From the IMG/VR virus record IMGVR_UViG_3300030233_000054, positions 1-58,481 of that record: a DNA stretch of 58,481 nt; one strand, 5' to 3'. The translations under genes were made by a program, and so were the position numbers. This DNA comes from a virus. Lineage: Duplodnaviria; Caudoviricetes. Within the stretch, counting starts at the first letter, position 1, and every line of letters begins with the position of its first letter. A model generated the notes under the pieces. It was not told the DNA's origin. It searched no databases and saw nothing but the letters and a program-made list of their open reading frames with translations. Shown here one piece after another: positions 25,430 through 34,281 of this stretch.

Positions 25430-25672
25430 CTACCACTTGCCAATCGGGCACTTCGATGTCCCCAGGCACACCTTGAGCGCCGTGCATCCGCACTCCCGGC
25501 ATTCCCCAAGCTGAAGGTTGCCGTCCGGGTCCCAGTGCTCGCAGGCGCTGCACACCTCCATGCGCCGGTCCCGCGTCTCCTGATCTGCGATGGGGAGGCC
25601 CTGCTTAATCCAGTGCCTTACCGCTCCAGCCAAGCGCTGCGCCTTTTGCTGAACCGTAAGAGCTTCAGGCAT
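25430..25672 (-). CDS. Small Cys-rich zinc-binding protein
   Basis: RMEVCSACEHW...CRECGC...CPIGKW. Confidence 0.65.
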   Translation of the reverse strand: MPEALTVQQKAQRLAGAVRHWIKQGLPIADQETRDRRMEVCSACEHWDPDGNLQLGECRECGCTALKVCLGTSKCPIGKW

Positions 25673-26582
25673 TTTGCCCTGCGATCTCTTCCCGGATTTC
25701 CTCGGTAGCAATTACGATGTCCTGAATCCAGCGCTCCGTGCCGGAGCCGTAGGTTTCCGCCACTCTCGCCCCCGGAATTTGATTGGCTCGACCAATGATG
25801 AAGTCCACCGCGTCCCGCACATCGGCGTCTGACATGGATCCGGAGTTGTCGATGGAGAAAGACATCCACCAGTCTTGGCCATCGCCGAGACTAAGCGCCG
25901 TCACTCCTTGGTTGAATTGCGACTGCAAGGCTCGTGTAGAGGCTGGCCTTGTAAAAATGCGTTCGTAAACGACTTCATCCGGCCCTGGTAGGACCGCCCC
26001 AAACGGGCCGCCTGCGAATGTTGGTCCAAGCTGGAAAAGCACAACGTAGCGGTTGGGCACATCCGCCATAGCAGCGGCATAGGCCCCGATGTCTTCCTGC
26101 CGCAGGGCCTCGTCGCCAAAGTAGGTACTGGATTCATCAATGAAGGCGAAGTGCAAAAGCTTGCCGATAGGTCCGCTATCCACCGCGCCAGCGCACCCAA
26201 GGTTCCCGCTGCCGGGAGGCGTCTCCCCCTCCCCCAAGCTGCCGCTGTACGCCGTCGTCAAACACATGAAGCCGCTTAAGCATGACTGGTAGGAGGCTCC
26301 AGCCGACACCTCAAGAGACTGCCGGTGACCCGCCGTCTGAATGATCTCCCCGCGTTTCCACTCACCCGCGATGGCCTGCCCGTTAATCAACACTTCCCCG
26401 TTCAGGATGAGATCGCACCCCGCCACGAGCTGGGCAGGCTCCGGCACGCCAGCCATGGTGATGCTGCCCCCTTTGCGCCCCAAGTCGGACAGGTCCAAAA
26501 CCGACATGGCCCGGCACTCCGGCCATCCCATGAGCGGGATGCGCTGCCAGTAGTCTGAGTATTGGCCTTCGCGGGAGGGCAT
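25665..26582 (-). CDS. Tail-region protein with vWA/MIDAS-like motif
   Basis: FSIDNSGSM (DxSxS); start taken at ATG 26582. Confidence 0.5.
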   Translation of the reverse strand: MPSREGQYSDYWQRIPLMGWPECRAMSVLDLSDLGRKGGSITMAGVPEPAQLVAGCDLILNGEVLINGQAIAGEWKRGEIIQTAGHRQSLEVSAGASYQSCLSGFMCLTTAYSGSLGEGETPPGSGNLGCAGAVDSGPIGKLLHFAFIDESSTYFGDEALRQEDIGAYAAAMADVPNRYVVLFQLGPTFAGGPFGAVLPGPDEVVYERIFTRPASTRALQSQFNQGVTALSLGDGQDWWMSFSIDNSGSMSDADVRDAVDFIIGRANQIPGARVAETYGSGTERWIQDIVIATEEIREEIAGQNA

Positions 26583-26592
26583 GGATTTATTC

Positions 26593-26622
26593 TGTGACAA
26601 ATACTAGGTACTTATTGTCACA
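26593..26622. repeat. Inverted repeat TGTGACAA-N14-TTGTCACA
   Basis: Seen in an AT-rich intergenic gap. Confidence 0.65.
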
Positions 26623-26649
26623 ATGTTATGGTTTGTCTCTGGGGAAGGT

Positions 26650-27882
26650 TTACAGCGCGGCGGTCGTCACGGTGGTGCCGGTCGCCCCGGTCACCTTCAG
26701 GATGCGGTTCAGGAACGGATCGGTGATCGTGATGGGCTCGATGCCGGGGTTGCGCGTCAGATGCAAGGTGAGTTGGTTGCTGCGCTTGGTCAGGCGCAGG
26801 TCAATGTCGCCGTAGATCGGGAACTTCTGCCACGGGCTTTCAGAGAGGTTCGGATTGTTGAGCAACGCCCACAGCTCCGTCTCATACTTCCGCATTTCAG
26901 CGCTCAGCGAGGAAGACGGCAGGGTGTAGTACGGGAAATTCTCCTCTCCAGGCTCCGACCATGTGTAGTTGGTGAAGTTCGGATACCAACAGTTGTTGTA
27001 CTCAACAGTCGGATTCAATCCAAAGTTCTGAATGATATACCCCCATCGGCAATCCGAGATCGAAGAGCGCGATGTCGGGATGGCTTCGGTTTTCGCCTCC
27101 CACCTTCCAGGAGCGCTGTAAGTTTGCCTCTCAAGGGCGATCAGTTCCCGGCAGATCGCCGTCTCAAGCTGCACCGTGTAGGGCACAATCGCCTCGTTGT
27201 ACTCCCCGTATTCGTCGTTCACGTCGCACGCCCGTTTGATGTAGAGCGCCATGCTCACATTGAAGTTGATGGAGGCTGGGAACTTGAAGGCCCGCGCCGT
27301 GTAGGTCTGCCCGTCCGGCCCGATGATGCTGGTGCTTGGCTCGGAGTTGGCGACGACATCCACACGGTCGCTTTCGATCTTTATGGAAAAACCGCAGCGA
27401 TACCCCCGTGTTTCGCTTTCATCTGTCAGCAGGATTTCCGCCCGGCGCTCGGTCTTGAATTTTCCGCACCACGAGTTGTCATGGTAGAGGTTGGGCGTCT
27501 CAATCCGGCCATAGTTCCCGGATTTGACGGTGTATTGCTTTGAGGCTGCCCGGCTGTACGCCCCGCAGTCATCGCAATTGTTGAAATCCGTACGGTTGCC
27601 TGCCGTGTTGTTGGGCCAGTGCTGGCTGAACTCCCAGCCATTAACCACAATTTCCGTGCCATCGCCTTCTTCTTCCTCAGTGTTGGGGCGATCTGCGTTA
27701 TTCAAGGTGGCGGCAAGATCCAGAGACTGCGCGAAATTAGCTACCCCGTCCACCTGTACGTCTTTGTCGCCCGTGGTTGGCCAGACGATATTCGCGTCCG
27801 TGGGGCAGTTGTCCGTCCAGTTGCTGGCCGGGCTCGCGCTGCCGCTGATCGGCGCTCCGTGATTGACGATGCGGCAGCTCAT
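26650..27882 (-). CDS. Tail-region protein, Cys/Asn-rich
   Basis: 410-aa ORF coupled to upstream gene. Confidence 0.55.
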   Translation of the reverse strand: MSCRIVNHGAPISGSASPASNWTDNCPTDANIVWPTTGDKDVQVDGVANFAQSLDLAATLNNADRPNTEEEEGDGTEIVVNGWEFSQHWPNNTAGNRTDFNNCDDCGAYSRAASKQYTVKSGNYGRIETPNLYHDNSWCGKFKTERRAEILLTDESETRGYRCGFSIKIESDRVDVVANSEPSTSIIGPDGQTYTARAFKFPASINFNVSMALYIKRACDVNDEYGEYNEAIVPYTVQLETAICRELIALERQTYSAPGRWEAKTEAIPTSRSSISDCRWGYIIQNFGLNPTVEYNNCWYPNFTNYTWSEPGEENFPYYTLPSSSLSAEMRKYETELWALLNNPNLSESPWQKFPIYGDIDLRLTKRSNQLTLHLTRNPGIEPITITDPFLNRILKVTGATGTTVTTAAL

Positions 27883-28526
27883 GATGTCAGTTGCTCCGTG
27901 TTGGCCTTACGCCGCCAGCGCTGGCCGATACTGCCCACGGTGCCGCTGTCCTGGCCGTTGCTTTGAAAGAGCACCCATGCGCCAATCTCTGGCGCAATGC
28001 TGAGAATGACGATGGGGCGCGCAAACCCTCTCGCGGTGACGGTGGCTGTCCCTGCCAATAGCAGGATACGCGATGGTCGCGCCGATCCACCGCCGCGCAT
28101 AACTGCTGCGCCGGAAAGCGTTGGATTCTTACGTAGGCTACCAGTCAAGCTAAAGCCCGCCTGCGTTGATTCCATTGCGGGCTGTCGGCTAAAGTTTGGG
28201 TTTGCCGACCCGCCCGCGCTGAATTGAATAGAGCCCCGCAATCCGCCTGAGAAACCCGGAGATGCGGAGCCACTCATTCGCATAGTGGCCCTACCTCTCA
28301 ATGATGGGTTTAGACGAAGCGTTCCAGAAAGTGAAAACTCGCCAACCAAATCTGGGTAGGCGATCTGTGGATCAATGTAGCCGCTAGAGGTAAGCGTTCC
28401 ACTTACTGAGAACTCGCCTACGGTAACCGAGTTGAGTACCTCGGTATCCATCGTGAGGATCTTGGATGGTGTGGCGCTTCCGCCGCCATCCAAAGTTGCA
28501 CTGCCCGTGAGGAGTTTTTCAGCCAT
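27879..28526 (-). CDS. G/S/T-rich fibre-like protein
   Basis: Repeats GEFSVSGTL / GEFSLSGTL / AGFSLTGSL. Confidence 0.5.
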   Translation of the reverse strand: MAEKLLTGSATLDGGGSATPSKILTMDTEVLNSVTVGEFSVSGTLTSSGYIDPQIAYPDLVGEFSLSGTLRLNPSLRGRATMRMSGSASPGFSGGLRGSIQFSAGGSANPNFSRQPAMESTQAGFSLTGSLRKNPTLSGAAVMRGGGSARPSRILLLAGTATVTARGFARPIVILSIAPEIGAWVLFQSNGQDSGTVGSIGQRWRRKANTEQLTS

Positions 28527-28529
28527 GGC

Positions 28530-29342
28530 TTACGCGGCGGCGATTGTCATTGCGCCTGCATTGAATTTAGGTTCGTCCGTGTTATTGCAGGCCACGGATG
28601 AGTCGAGGTTAGACCAGAACAGGAGGTTCCCGCTTGTCGAGGCGTCGAAGAGCGCAAACATCACAGCTGTTCCCCAGTCGGCGGTAGCAGTCGGGAAGGT
28701 GATCGCATTCGTGTTGGCAGTCGCTCCACTGGAAACGGCATCCCATTCGTCGTTGTCGGTGGCGACTCCCACGCGAGCGTAGCTCCCCACGGCGGTAGAG
28801 AACTCGCTGATCGCGCCAGCCTCCGTGAAGGCCCCAGTCGGCCCGAGTGCGACGTAGACGTTGGCCGGAGCGCTGTACGCGCTCCCACGAAAAATGTGGT
28901 TCAGCAGGGCGTGGGACAGGTAGGTGGAAATCTCGTTTTTTAAATCCCAAATCAAAGAGCCTGCAGCAAAGCGAATAATGTCGCCGTTGCCAACGCTCGG
29001 GTCCGGGCTGAAATTGAGCCACATGAGAAGGTTGCCGCCCGTCGAGGCGTCAAACAACCCAACTTGATAGACGGTTCCCCAGCTTTCCGAGGACGCCGCA
29101 AAAGCAATCTCGTTGGTATTGGCAGTCGCCCGGCTGGCAGGAGCGTCCCAATTGCCCGTGTTGCACGCCACCTGGACGCGGGCGTAGCCGGAGCCGTTCT
29201 CCTCGGAGCTGACGCCCCCCTCGCCAAAGCCTGAGTAGCTGTTGGAAAGCCCAATCCAGAGGTTGCTGGGGGCGCTGTACGAGCCCTCCCGCAGAACGTA
29301 GTCCAGCAGCAGGGATTCAAAGTAGTCGGTCATTTGTGCCAT
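28530..29342 (-). CDS. Tail/fibre protein made of two tandem homologous domains
   Basis: YARV..ATANTN.I.F..WGT..LFDAST.GNLL.W occurs twice; AGGAG RBS. Confidence 0.7.
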   Translation of the reverse strand: MAQMTDYFESLLLDYVLREGSYSAPSNLWIGLSNSYSGFGEGGVSSEENGSGYARVQVACNTGNWDAPASRATANTNEIAFAASSESWGTVYQVGLFDASTGGNLLMWLNFSPDPSVGNGDIIRFAAGSLIWDLKNEISTYLSHALLNHIFRGSAYSAPANVYVALGPTGAFTEAGAISEFSTAVGSYARVGVATDNDEWDAVSSGATANTNAITFPTATADWGTAVMFALFDASTSGNLLFWSNLDSSVACNNTDEPKFNAGAMTIAAA

Positions 29343-29360
29343 GTCGTTTTCTCCTAAGTG

Positions 29361-29374
29361 TTATTTGTCAATAC
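29361..29374 (-). promoter_or_regulatory. GTATTGACAAATAA motif copy 4
   Basis: Exact, 18 nt before ATG 29342. Confidence 0.75.
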
Positions 29375-29387
29375 CATGTTGTTGTTG

Positions 29388-31913
29388 TTAAAGCGAGCCC
29401 TTATGTGGTTTGTACCAAAGGGAGGCGTCCCGTAAAGCAAAGGGCTTTCCGTCTCCGGTCGCGGCCTGTAGGGTGAAGCGCACCGCCCTGCCCTTGAACA
29501 TGACGATCTGCGTGTGCGGGTTGCGCCGCCCGTAGACTTCGCCGTAGTAGTAGGTCCGCACGTTCCCGTTGTCGTCCTCGATCTTGATGGTGACGTGCCC
29601 GGCGCTACCCTGGACGGTGCTCCACTGAATCTTGTACCACCCCACGAGATCGCCGGGCTGACGGGCGTAGAGCCAGCCGGTTTCCCACTCCATGAGCTGG
29701 CCGTCGAGGATGTACCTGACCGCAGCCGGATCGCCGATGGCATGCGTCTGGATGACGCCGCGCCCGCTGTGCTCGGCATAAGCTGCCGGGATAGAATCTG
29801 CCGACTCGTATAGCGTGACCGCCTCCGTGTTGTCGAACGCCTGGAAGCGGTTGGCCGCGCCTTCGAGATCGACCACCCACAGATTGCCCAGGTCGTCGCA
29901 CCCCACAATCCGGCTGTCGGCATCATTGATGCGGCAGGAGGCGTTGATCTCCGGGAAGTCGAAAGGTCCGGTCAGCTCCTTCTCCTCGAAATCGAAGCAG
30001 AAGCCCTTGTACGTTCCGGCTTGGGTTATCAACCAGAACCACCATTGCCGGTTGAGATAGTCGATCTCGCTGTGTGCCAGACTGCCTTGCGTGGTGTCCG
30101 CGAACTCTTGGAGGTAGTCACCTAAGCCGGGGGCCATGAGCTGGGACACCGGGGCCGCGCTGGAATCGTCGGTATCGGTCGGCTGGCGCATCCGGTAGAG
30201 ATTGAAGTCCCCGCCGATGTAGTATTGCTGCCCGTCCGTCCAGTTGATGGCGCAGCGCTGGTTGATCGCGCCGCTGTGCACAGGAGTTTCCGCCGTGCCA
30301 GCCGTCAGCCAATCCACCGGCACGAGTCGGGCCTTGCGCTTGGTGTAGGCCACGAGCTGGTTGCGGTAGCTGGAGATGGCCGTCAGGCGGTCGCTGGGGT
30401 CGTCGCTGGGGATGGTGACGTAATTCTGCGTCTCCGTGTTCTCGGGGAAAAGCGCCTCGCTCGGGTCAAACTCGCGGGTGTAGTGCAGGCGCAACGGGTG
30501 GGCCTGGTCGCCAATCGACCAAATACGGCCGTAGGCAAAGGTGAATTGCGTGGCGGGCCTCGGCATCTTCATCTCGGCATTCAGCTCCGTGCCGTCATTG
30601 AGCAGGCTCGGGGCAATGAGATAGGTGCCGTCCTCGTTCGGGACTTCCAGGGCGAGCTTGAATGCCCGATAGCCACGGGTGGCAAAGCCGTCTGTCGCCA
30701 CCGTCTCGCCTGCCGAGTAATTGAAGGTCTGGCCGTCGTATGCCCACCCCTGCCCCTGCTCCTGCACGGTGTAGGCCGAGACATAGATGCGGATGGCGTC
30801 AAACTCGCTGGCTCCGGGCCGGAGATCGTCTTTAGTCACCGTGACGCGCATCCGTTGTGCCCCCACTTCCTTGCAGGTGAAGATTGGGCTCGGGGCGGAT
30901 TCAAAGCCGATGTTGCGGGAGTCGCGCCGAAAGTAGGTCGTCACTACATCGACCTGGGGGGATTTAAAGACATCGCTCTCGTCAAAGCTGGTGATGCCTC
31001 CTTCCAGCCGTGCGCCAGAGAACAAGGTCACCTCATCCCGGTCTTCCAGTAGGGTAGCGTTGACAATGCCCGCCGCGTTGGGATCGGTCTGGATGAAGTT
31101 CACCATCTGCTCGTTGGTGGGCAGGGTGGCAGGCACGATCGCAGTGTATTCGTAGGGCTCTGCCCACGTCCCCTTGCCTTCCAGAAGGCTGTCAAAGTAA
31201 TCCACGCCGCCTTGGGCGACGTTCACCACCACATTGTTGCCGTTGGCTCGTTCGTACGTCTCCTCGTTGACGGGATCGAAGCCGGGCTCCAGCGCCTGGT
31301 ACAGGATGCCGTCATAGGTGAAGCTGGCGTCATGCGCTTCCAGCGTGCTCACATCCGTGGCGGTCGCTTGGGGAAAGAGGGGGCGCACATGGTCGCCCAT
31401 ACGGCGAATCGTGCCCTCCTGAGCATCCCATACCAGATTGGCGTCACAGCCATTGCCCATCACCACAAGGCCCATGATGGTGTTGCCTCCCCACCGCAGG
31501 CCGGTTTGCAGCTTTTTCCACAGCACGCAGAACTCGGCCCCGTCCAGGGTCAGGGTGGGCTTGGCCGTCACGCTCAAGGCATCGGCATCCGCGCCGCCGT
31601 AGAACACGCCCATGCACTTGGCTCTCACGGTGTCATAGAAGACAAGGAACTGATGCCCCTCGTTGCTGACCTTGAGCAGAACGGTTTTGTCTGCCGTGGT
31701 CAGGCTCAGGCCGTCCAGGTACTCGGAAAGCGGCGTGGTGCCCCACAGGCGCAGCGCGGGGGGCGGCGTGGCCAGCCCTCCCAGCGGGCGCAACACGGCA
31801 TTGCGGGCAGAGAGGAGCGTCCCCGGCTTCTGGTCCGTGGTGTCGCGCTGAAGGCTCACGCCCTTGAACTCGCGGATATGGACCGGGGCTAGCTGCATTT
31901 GCGCTCCTCCCAT
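29388..31913 (-). CDS. Tail nozzle / tubular protein B-like (beta-propeller)
   Basis: 841 aa; FKGV..ARN N-terminus, repeated blade-like patterns, position after adaptor. Confidence 0.65.
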   Translation of the reverse strand: MGGAQMQLAPVHIREFKGVSLQRDTTDQKPGTLLSARNAVLRPLGGLATPPPALRLWGTTPLSEYLDGLSLTTADKTVLLKVSNEGHQFLVFYDTVRAKCMGVFYGGADADALSVTAKPTLTLDGAEFCVLWKKLQTGLRWGGNTIMGLVVMGNGCDANLVWDAQEGTIRRMGDHVRPLFPQATATDVSTLEAHDASFTYDGILYQALEPGFDPVNEETYERANGNNVVVNVAQGGVDYFDSLLEGKGTWAEPYEYTAIVPATLPTNEQMVNFIQTDPNAAGIVNATLLEDRDEVTLFSGARLEGGITSFDESDVFKSPQVDVVTTYFRRDSRNIGFESAPSPIFTCKEVGAQRMRVTVTKDDLRPGASEFDAIRIYVSAYTVQEQGQGWAYDGQTFNYSAGETVATDGFATRGYRAFKLALEVPNEDGTYLIAPSLLNDGTELNAEMKMPRPATQFTFAYGRIWSIGDQAHPLRLHYTREFDPSEALFPENTETQNYVTIPSDDPSDRLTAISSYRNQLVAYTKRKARLVPVDWLTAGTAETPVHSGAINQRCAINWTDGQQYYIGGDFNLYRMRQPTDTDDSSAAPVSQLMAPGLGDYLQEFADTTQGSLAHSEIDYLNRQWWFWLITQAGTYKGFCFDFEEKELTGPFDFPEINASCRINDADSRIVGCDDLGNLWVVDLEGAANRFQAFDNTEAVTLYESADSIPAAYAEHSGRGVIQTHAIGDPAAVRYILDGQLMEWETGWLYARQPGDLVGWYKIQWSTVQGSAGHVTIKIEDDNGNVRTYYYGEVYGRRNPHTQIVMFKGRAVRFTLQAATGDGKPFALRDASLWYKPHKGSL

Positions 31914-32179
31914 TCCTTAATTTCCATAGTGAAGCGTTTTTCTGCCGTCCAAAATGCTTTGCTGTTGAAGTCGGCGGTTTCATTGTCACCAACAGCCAGC
32001 GCGTGGTTGTAGTTTTCTCTCGCCGCTCTCATCTGTTCGTTCCAGAAACGAAGGCGTTTTACGTGCTCCATCTGCGCATCGAATCGCTTGCTTAAGACAT
32101 AGTCGATGATTCGACGGACAGTGATCGCGATTGCGACGGCAACACCAAACCCGAGGAAGAAAGCTATATCAGCGCTCAT
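31889..32179 (-). CDS. Small protein with N-terminal TM helix
   Basis: IAFFLGFGVAVAIAITV. Confidence 0.5.
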   Translation of the reverse strand: MSADIAFFLGFGVAVAIAITVRRIIDYVLSKRFDAQMEHVKRLRFWNEQMRAARENYNHALAVGDNETADFNSKAFWTAEKRFTMEIKEWEERKCS

Positions 32180-32415
32180 GTAGCCTCCTTGGTTTCAAAG
32201 TGCGGTATCTTGGGAGCAGGGTCTTTGGTGAGCCGGGCGGCAATGTTGTCCCAGGCCTCGCTTTTTCGGAAGATTACCCAGCGGTTGGAGTTGTGTGGAT
32301 ACCGGCACTCCAAGCGGCAGGTGTTGCCATTCGGGGCGTTGTCCACCTCCCGAGTACGAAACACGAGGTCCGGGCGCTTCTGCTGCGCGTACTGATGGAC
32401 CTCCACCGCCGTCAT
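32176..32415 (-). CDS. Hypothetical protein
   Basis: 4-nt overlaps on both sides. Confidence 0.55.
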   Translation of the reverse strand: MTAVEVHQYAQQKRPDLVFRTREVDNAPNGNTCRLECRYPHNSNRWVIFRKSEAWDNIAARLTKDPAPKIPHFETKEAT

Positions 32416-32765
32416 TCACCCGCCTCCTTCTGCTGAAGGATGATCTCGGCTTTCTCGACATCCGGGGTGAAGAACGGCACATCCGTCCAAAGATCCGCGT
32501 TCTCGTCCAGTTCCTTGCGCATCAGCGGCAGGATGACCGTGGCCGGAAGCAGGATGGCGGGAATCTCGCGCTCGTCTTGCCATCCATTCTCCGGGCTCAG
32601 GGAGTAGGCGATCTCCACGCTCTGGCCAATCGGGTGATTGTAGAGCCGGTTCATCACCGTGTCCCAGGCCCGGCGAAGTTGCAGCCAATGCTCTTGCGTG
32701 GCATCCTCCGGCTGGAGAATCCCGGCGTCAGACATCAAGTGTTTAATCAGGTCGCAAAGTTTCAT
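32412..32765 (-). CDS. Hypothetical (possible head-completion) protein
   Basis: Helical; operon packing. Confidence 0.55.
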   Translation of the reverse strand: MKLCDLIKHLMSDAGILQPEDATQEHWLQLRRAWDTVMNRLYNHPIGQSVEIAYSLSPENGWQDEREIPAILLPATVILPLMRKELDENADLWTDVPFFTPDVEKAEIILQQKEAGE

Positions 32766-32768
32766 TGG

Positions 32769-33668
32769 CTATAATCCCGGTACGGTTTGCGTGCATCGCG
32801 CTTTTTGCGGCTCCATGTGTTCGAGTTGCAGCATCGCCCGCTCGTAGTCCTCGCGCAGGCGCGGCACCACGTCGTCGTTGTTGAAGTGCGGGAAGCGGGT
32901 CAGTCCGTAGCGGAAGATCGGCAGGAAAACGGTTTCGACCATGCCGCTGGGCAGGTCGGGGGAAATCACCTCGCTGGAGAGATCGGCCACCGCGTACCGG
33001 GCTGGGATCGCCTCGCCTTGCAGCTTGAGCAGGTACGGGCCGTCAGGGAACGGCCAGACGCGCAGGATCACGTCGTTGTTGTGGTACTCGATCAGGTAGC
33101 GCTCCGGCTCCTGATTGGCCACGTCGTTTTCGTAATAGGCCACCTCCTGATACTCAGCAAAGCTCGTGAATGGCGTGAGCTTGGAATCCCGGTGGTACTC
33201 GTCGTCCGCCGGGTGAATGTGAACGTCGGTCAGGCCAAAGTAATTAGGCAGCTTGATCGTGTCGCCCACGATGGTCGCCGTCGCGCCGGTCACACTCGGG
33301 CCCATGAACGGATCACGCAGGGTAGCGCCCACGCCGGAGCTGTCAGCGGCCAAGATGGTGTTCCACTGCGTGCTGCCCTGGATGTAGATGCTACTGCCCT
33401 CCATCGCGGTGGTGATCGCGCCCCCGGTGTCCGCCGTGAACTGGGTGGCGTACTGGTTGATGGCCTTGCCGGAAAGCGTGCTCGGGCCAGGAAGGAGCAG
33501 GCCGCTATGCCTCAGTCGCACCCAGCGCGGGCCGTCCGTGTAGATCTTCTGAAGCGCCGCGTTGATCTCCTGGGCAATCCAGGACAAAAGGAAGCTCTCC
33601 GGGCTGCCGGTGGCCCCGTCGTCTCCGAACCATTGCAGGCCGTCGTCCCGGATATCCTTCAGGGTCAT
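32769..33668 (-). CDS. Head-tail adaptor / tubular protein A-like
   Basis: MTLKDIRD...EINAALQKI...PERY...LRVWPFPD pattern. Confidence 0.65.
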   Translation of the reverse strand: MTLKDIRDDGLQWFGDDGATGSPESFLLSWIAQEINAALQKIYTDGPRWVRLRHSGLLLPGPSTLSGKAINQYATQFTADTGGAITTAMEGSSIYIQGSTQWNTILAADSSGVGATLRDPFMGPSVTGATATIVGDTIKLPNYFGLTDVHIHPADDEYHRDSKLTPFTSFAEYQEVAYYENDVANQEPERYLIEYHNNDVILRVWPFPDGPYLLKLQGEAIPARYAVADLSSEVISPDLPSGMVETVFLPIFRYGLTRFPHFNNDDVVPRLREDYERAMLQLEHMEPQKARCTQTVPGL

Positions 33669-33681
33669 GGCGTTCTCAGGT

Positions 33682-34176
33682 TTAGACGCAAGTCGCCGCG
33701 TCGATGGCTTCTCGCAGTTCTTCCGTCTTCATACTGCGGATGGTCGGGTAGTGGCCATTGGCAACGCCAACCGCCTTGGCTTCCTTGCGCAGGTCAGCAA
33801 TGGGTTTGCTGTCGCTGGGCTTCTCCAGATTGGAAAGCGCGTTGTTCAGGCCCTCGGGCTCGCCATCGGCAAGAGCCGCGCCAGGGCCGATCTCCGGCCC
33901 AAAGGTTTCAGGTTCCTCCACCTGCTCCGCAAACGGCACCAGCTTGTACGGGTAGCCTGCCTGCTTGGAGTTGAAAATTTCTTCCGCTGCCTCGTTGAAT
34001 CGGTTGGCCGGAATGATGTAGCGCTCATCGCCGGACTTCTTCCGGTCCCACAGGAGCGCGTGCTGCTTGTATTTCGGCAGGTAGTCAAACTGCCATTCGG
34101 CGTGCTTGAAGCCCTGCATCCGGACAGTCTGCTTGTCGCCCTGCCAGTTGGTGATGAAAATGCGGTATCGCAGCAT
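33682..34176 (-). CDS. Hypothetical protein with C-terminal Rho-N/HeH-like motif
   Basis: IADLRKEAKAVGV...MKTEELREAI. Confidence 0.55.
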   Translation of the reverse strand: MLRYRIFITNWQGDKQTVRMQGFKHAEWQFDYLPKYKQHALLWDRKKSGDERYIIPANRFNEAAEEIFNSKQAGYPYKLVPFAEQVEEPETFGPEIGPGAALADGEPEGLNNALSNLEKPSDSKPIADLRKEAKAVGVANGHYPTIRSMKTEELREAIDAATCV

Positions 34177-34199
34177 GGTACTGTCTTTCTCTCGGTTGC

Positions 34200-34230
34200 G
34201 CGGGCCAGAGGGTTTGAACCTCCGGCCCGC
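34200..34230 (-). other. tRNA-minihelix-like hairpin (12-bp stem, TTCAAAC loop)
   Basis: GCGGGCCGGAGG-TTCAAAC-CCTCTGGCCCGC, no U tract after it. Confidence 0.55.
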
Positions 34231-34281
34231 TAGGATGACGATGTCTAAGTTCCCCGGTGATGAGCCGGGAAAGGGTTTGCG

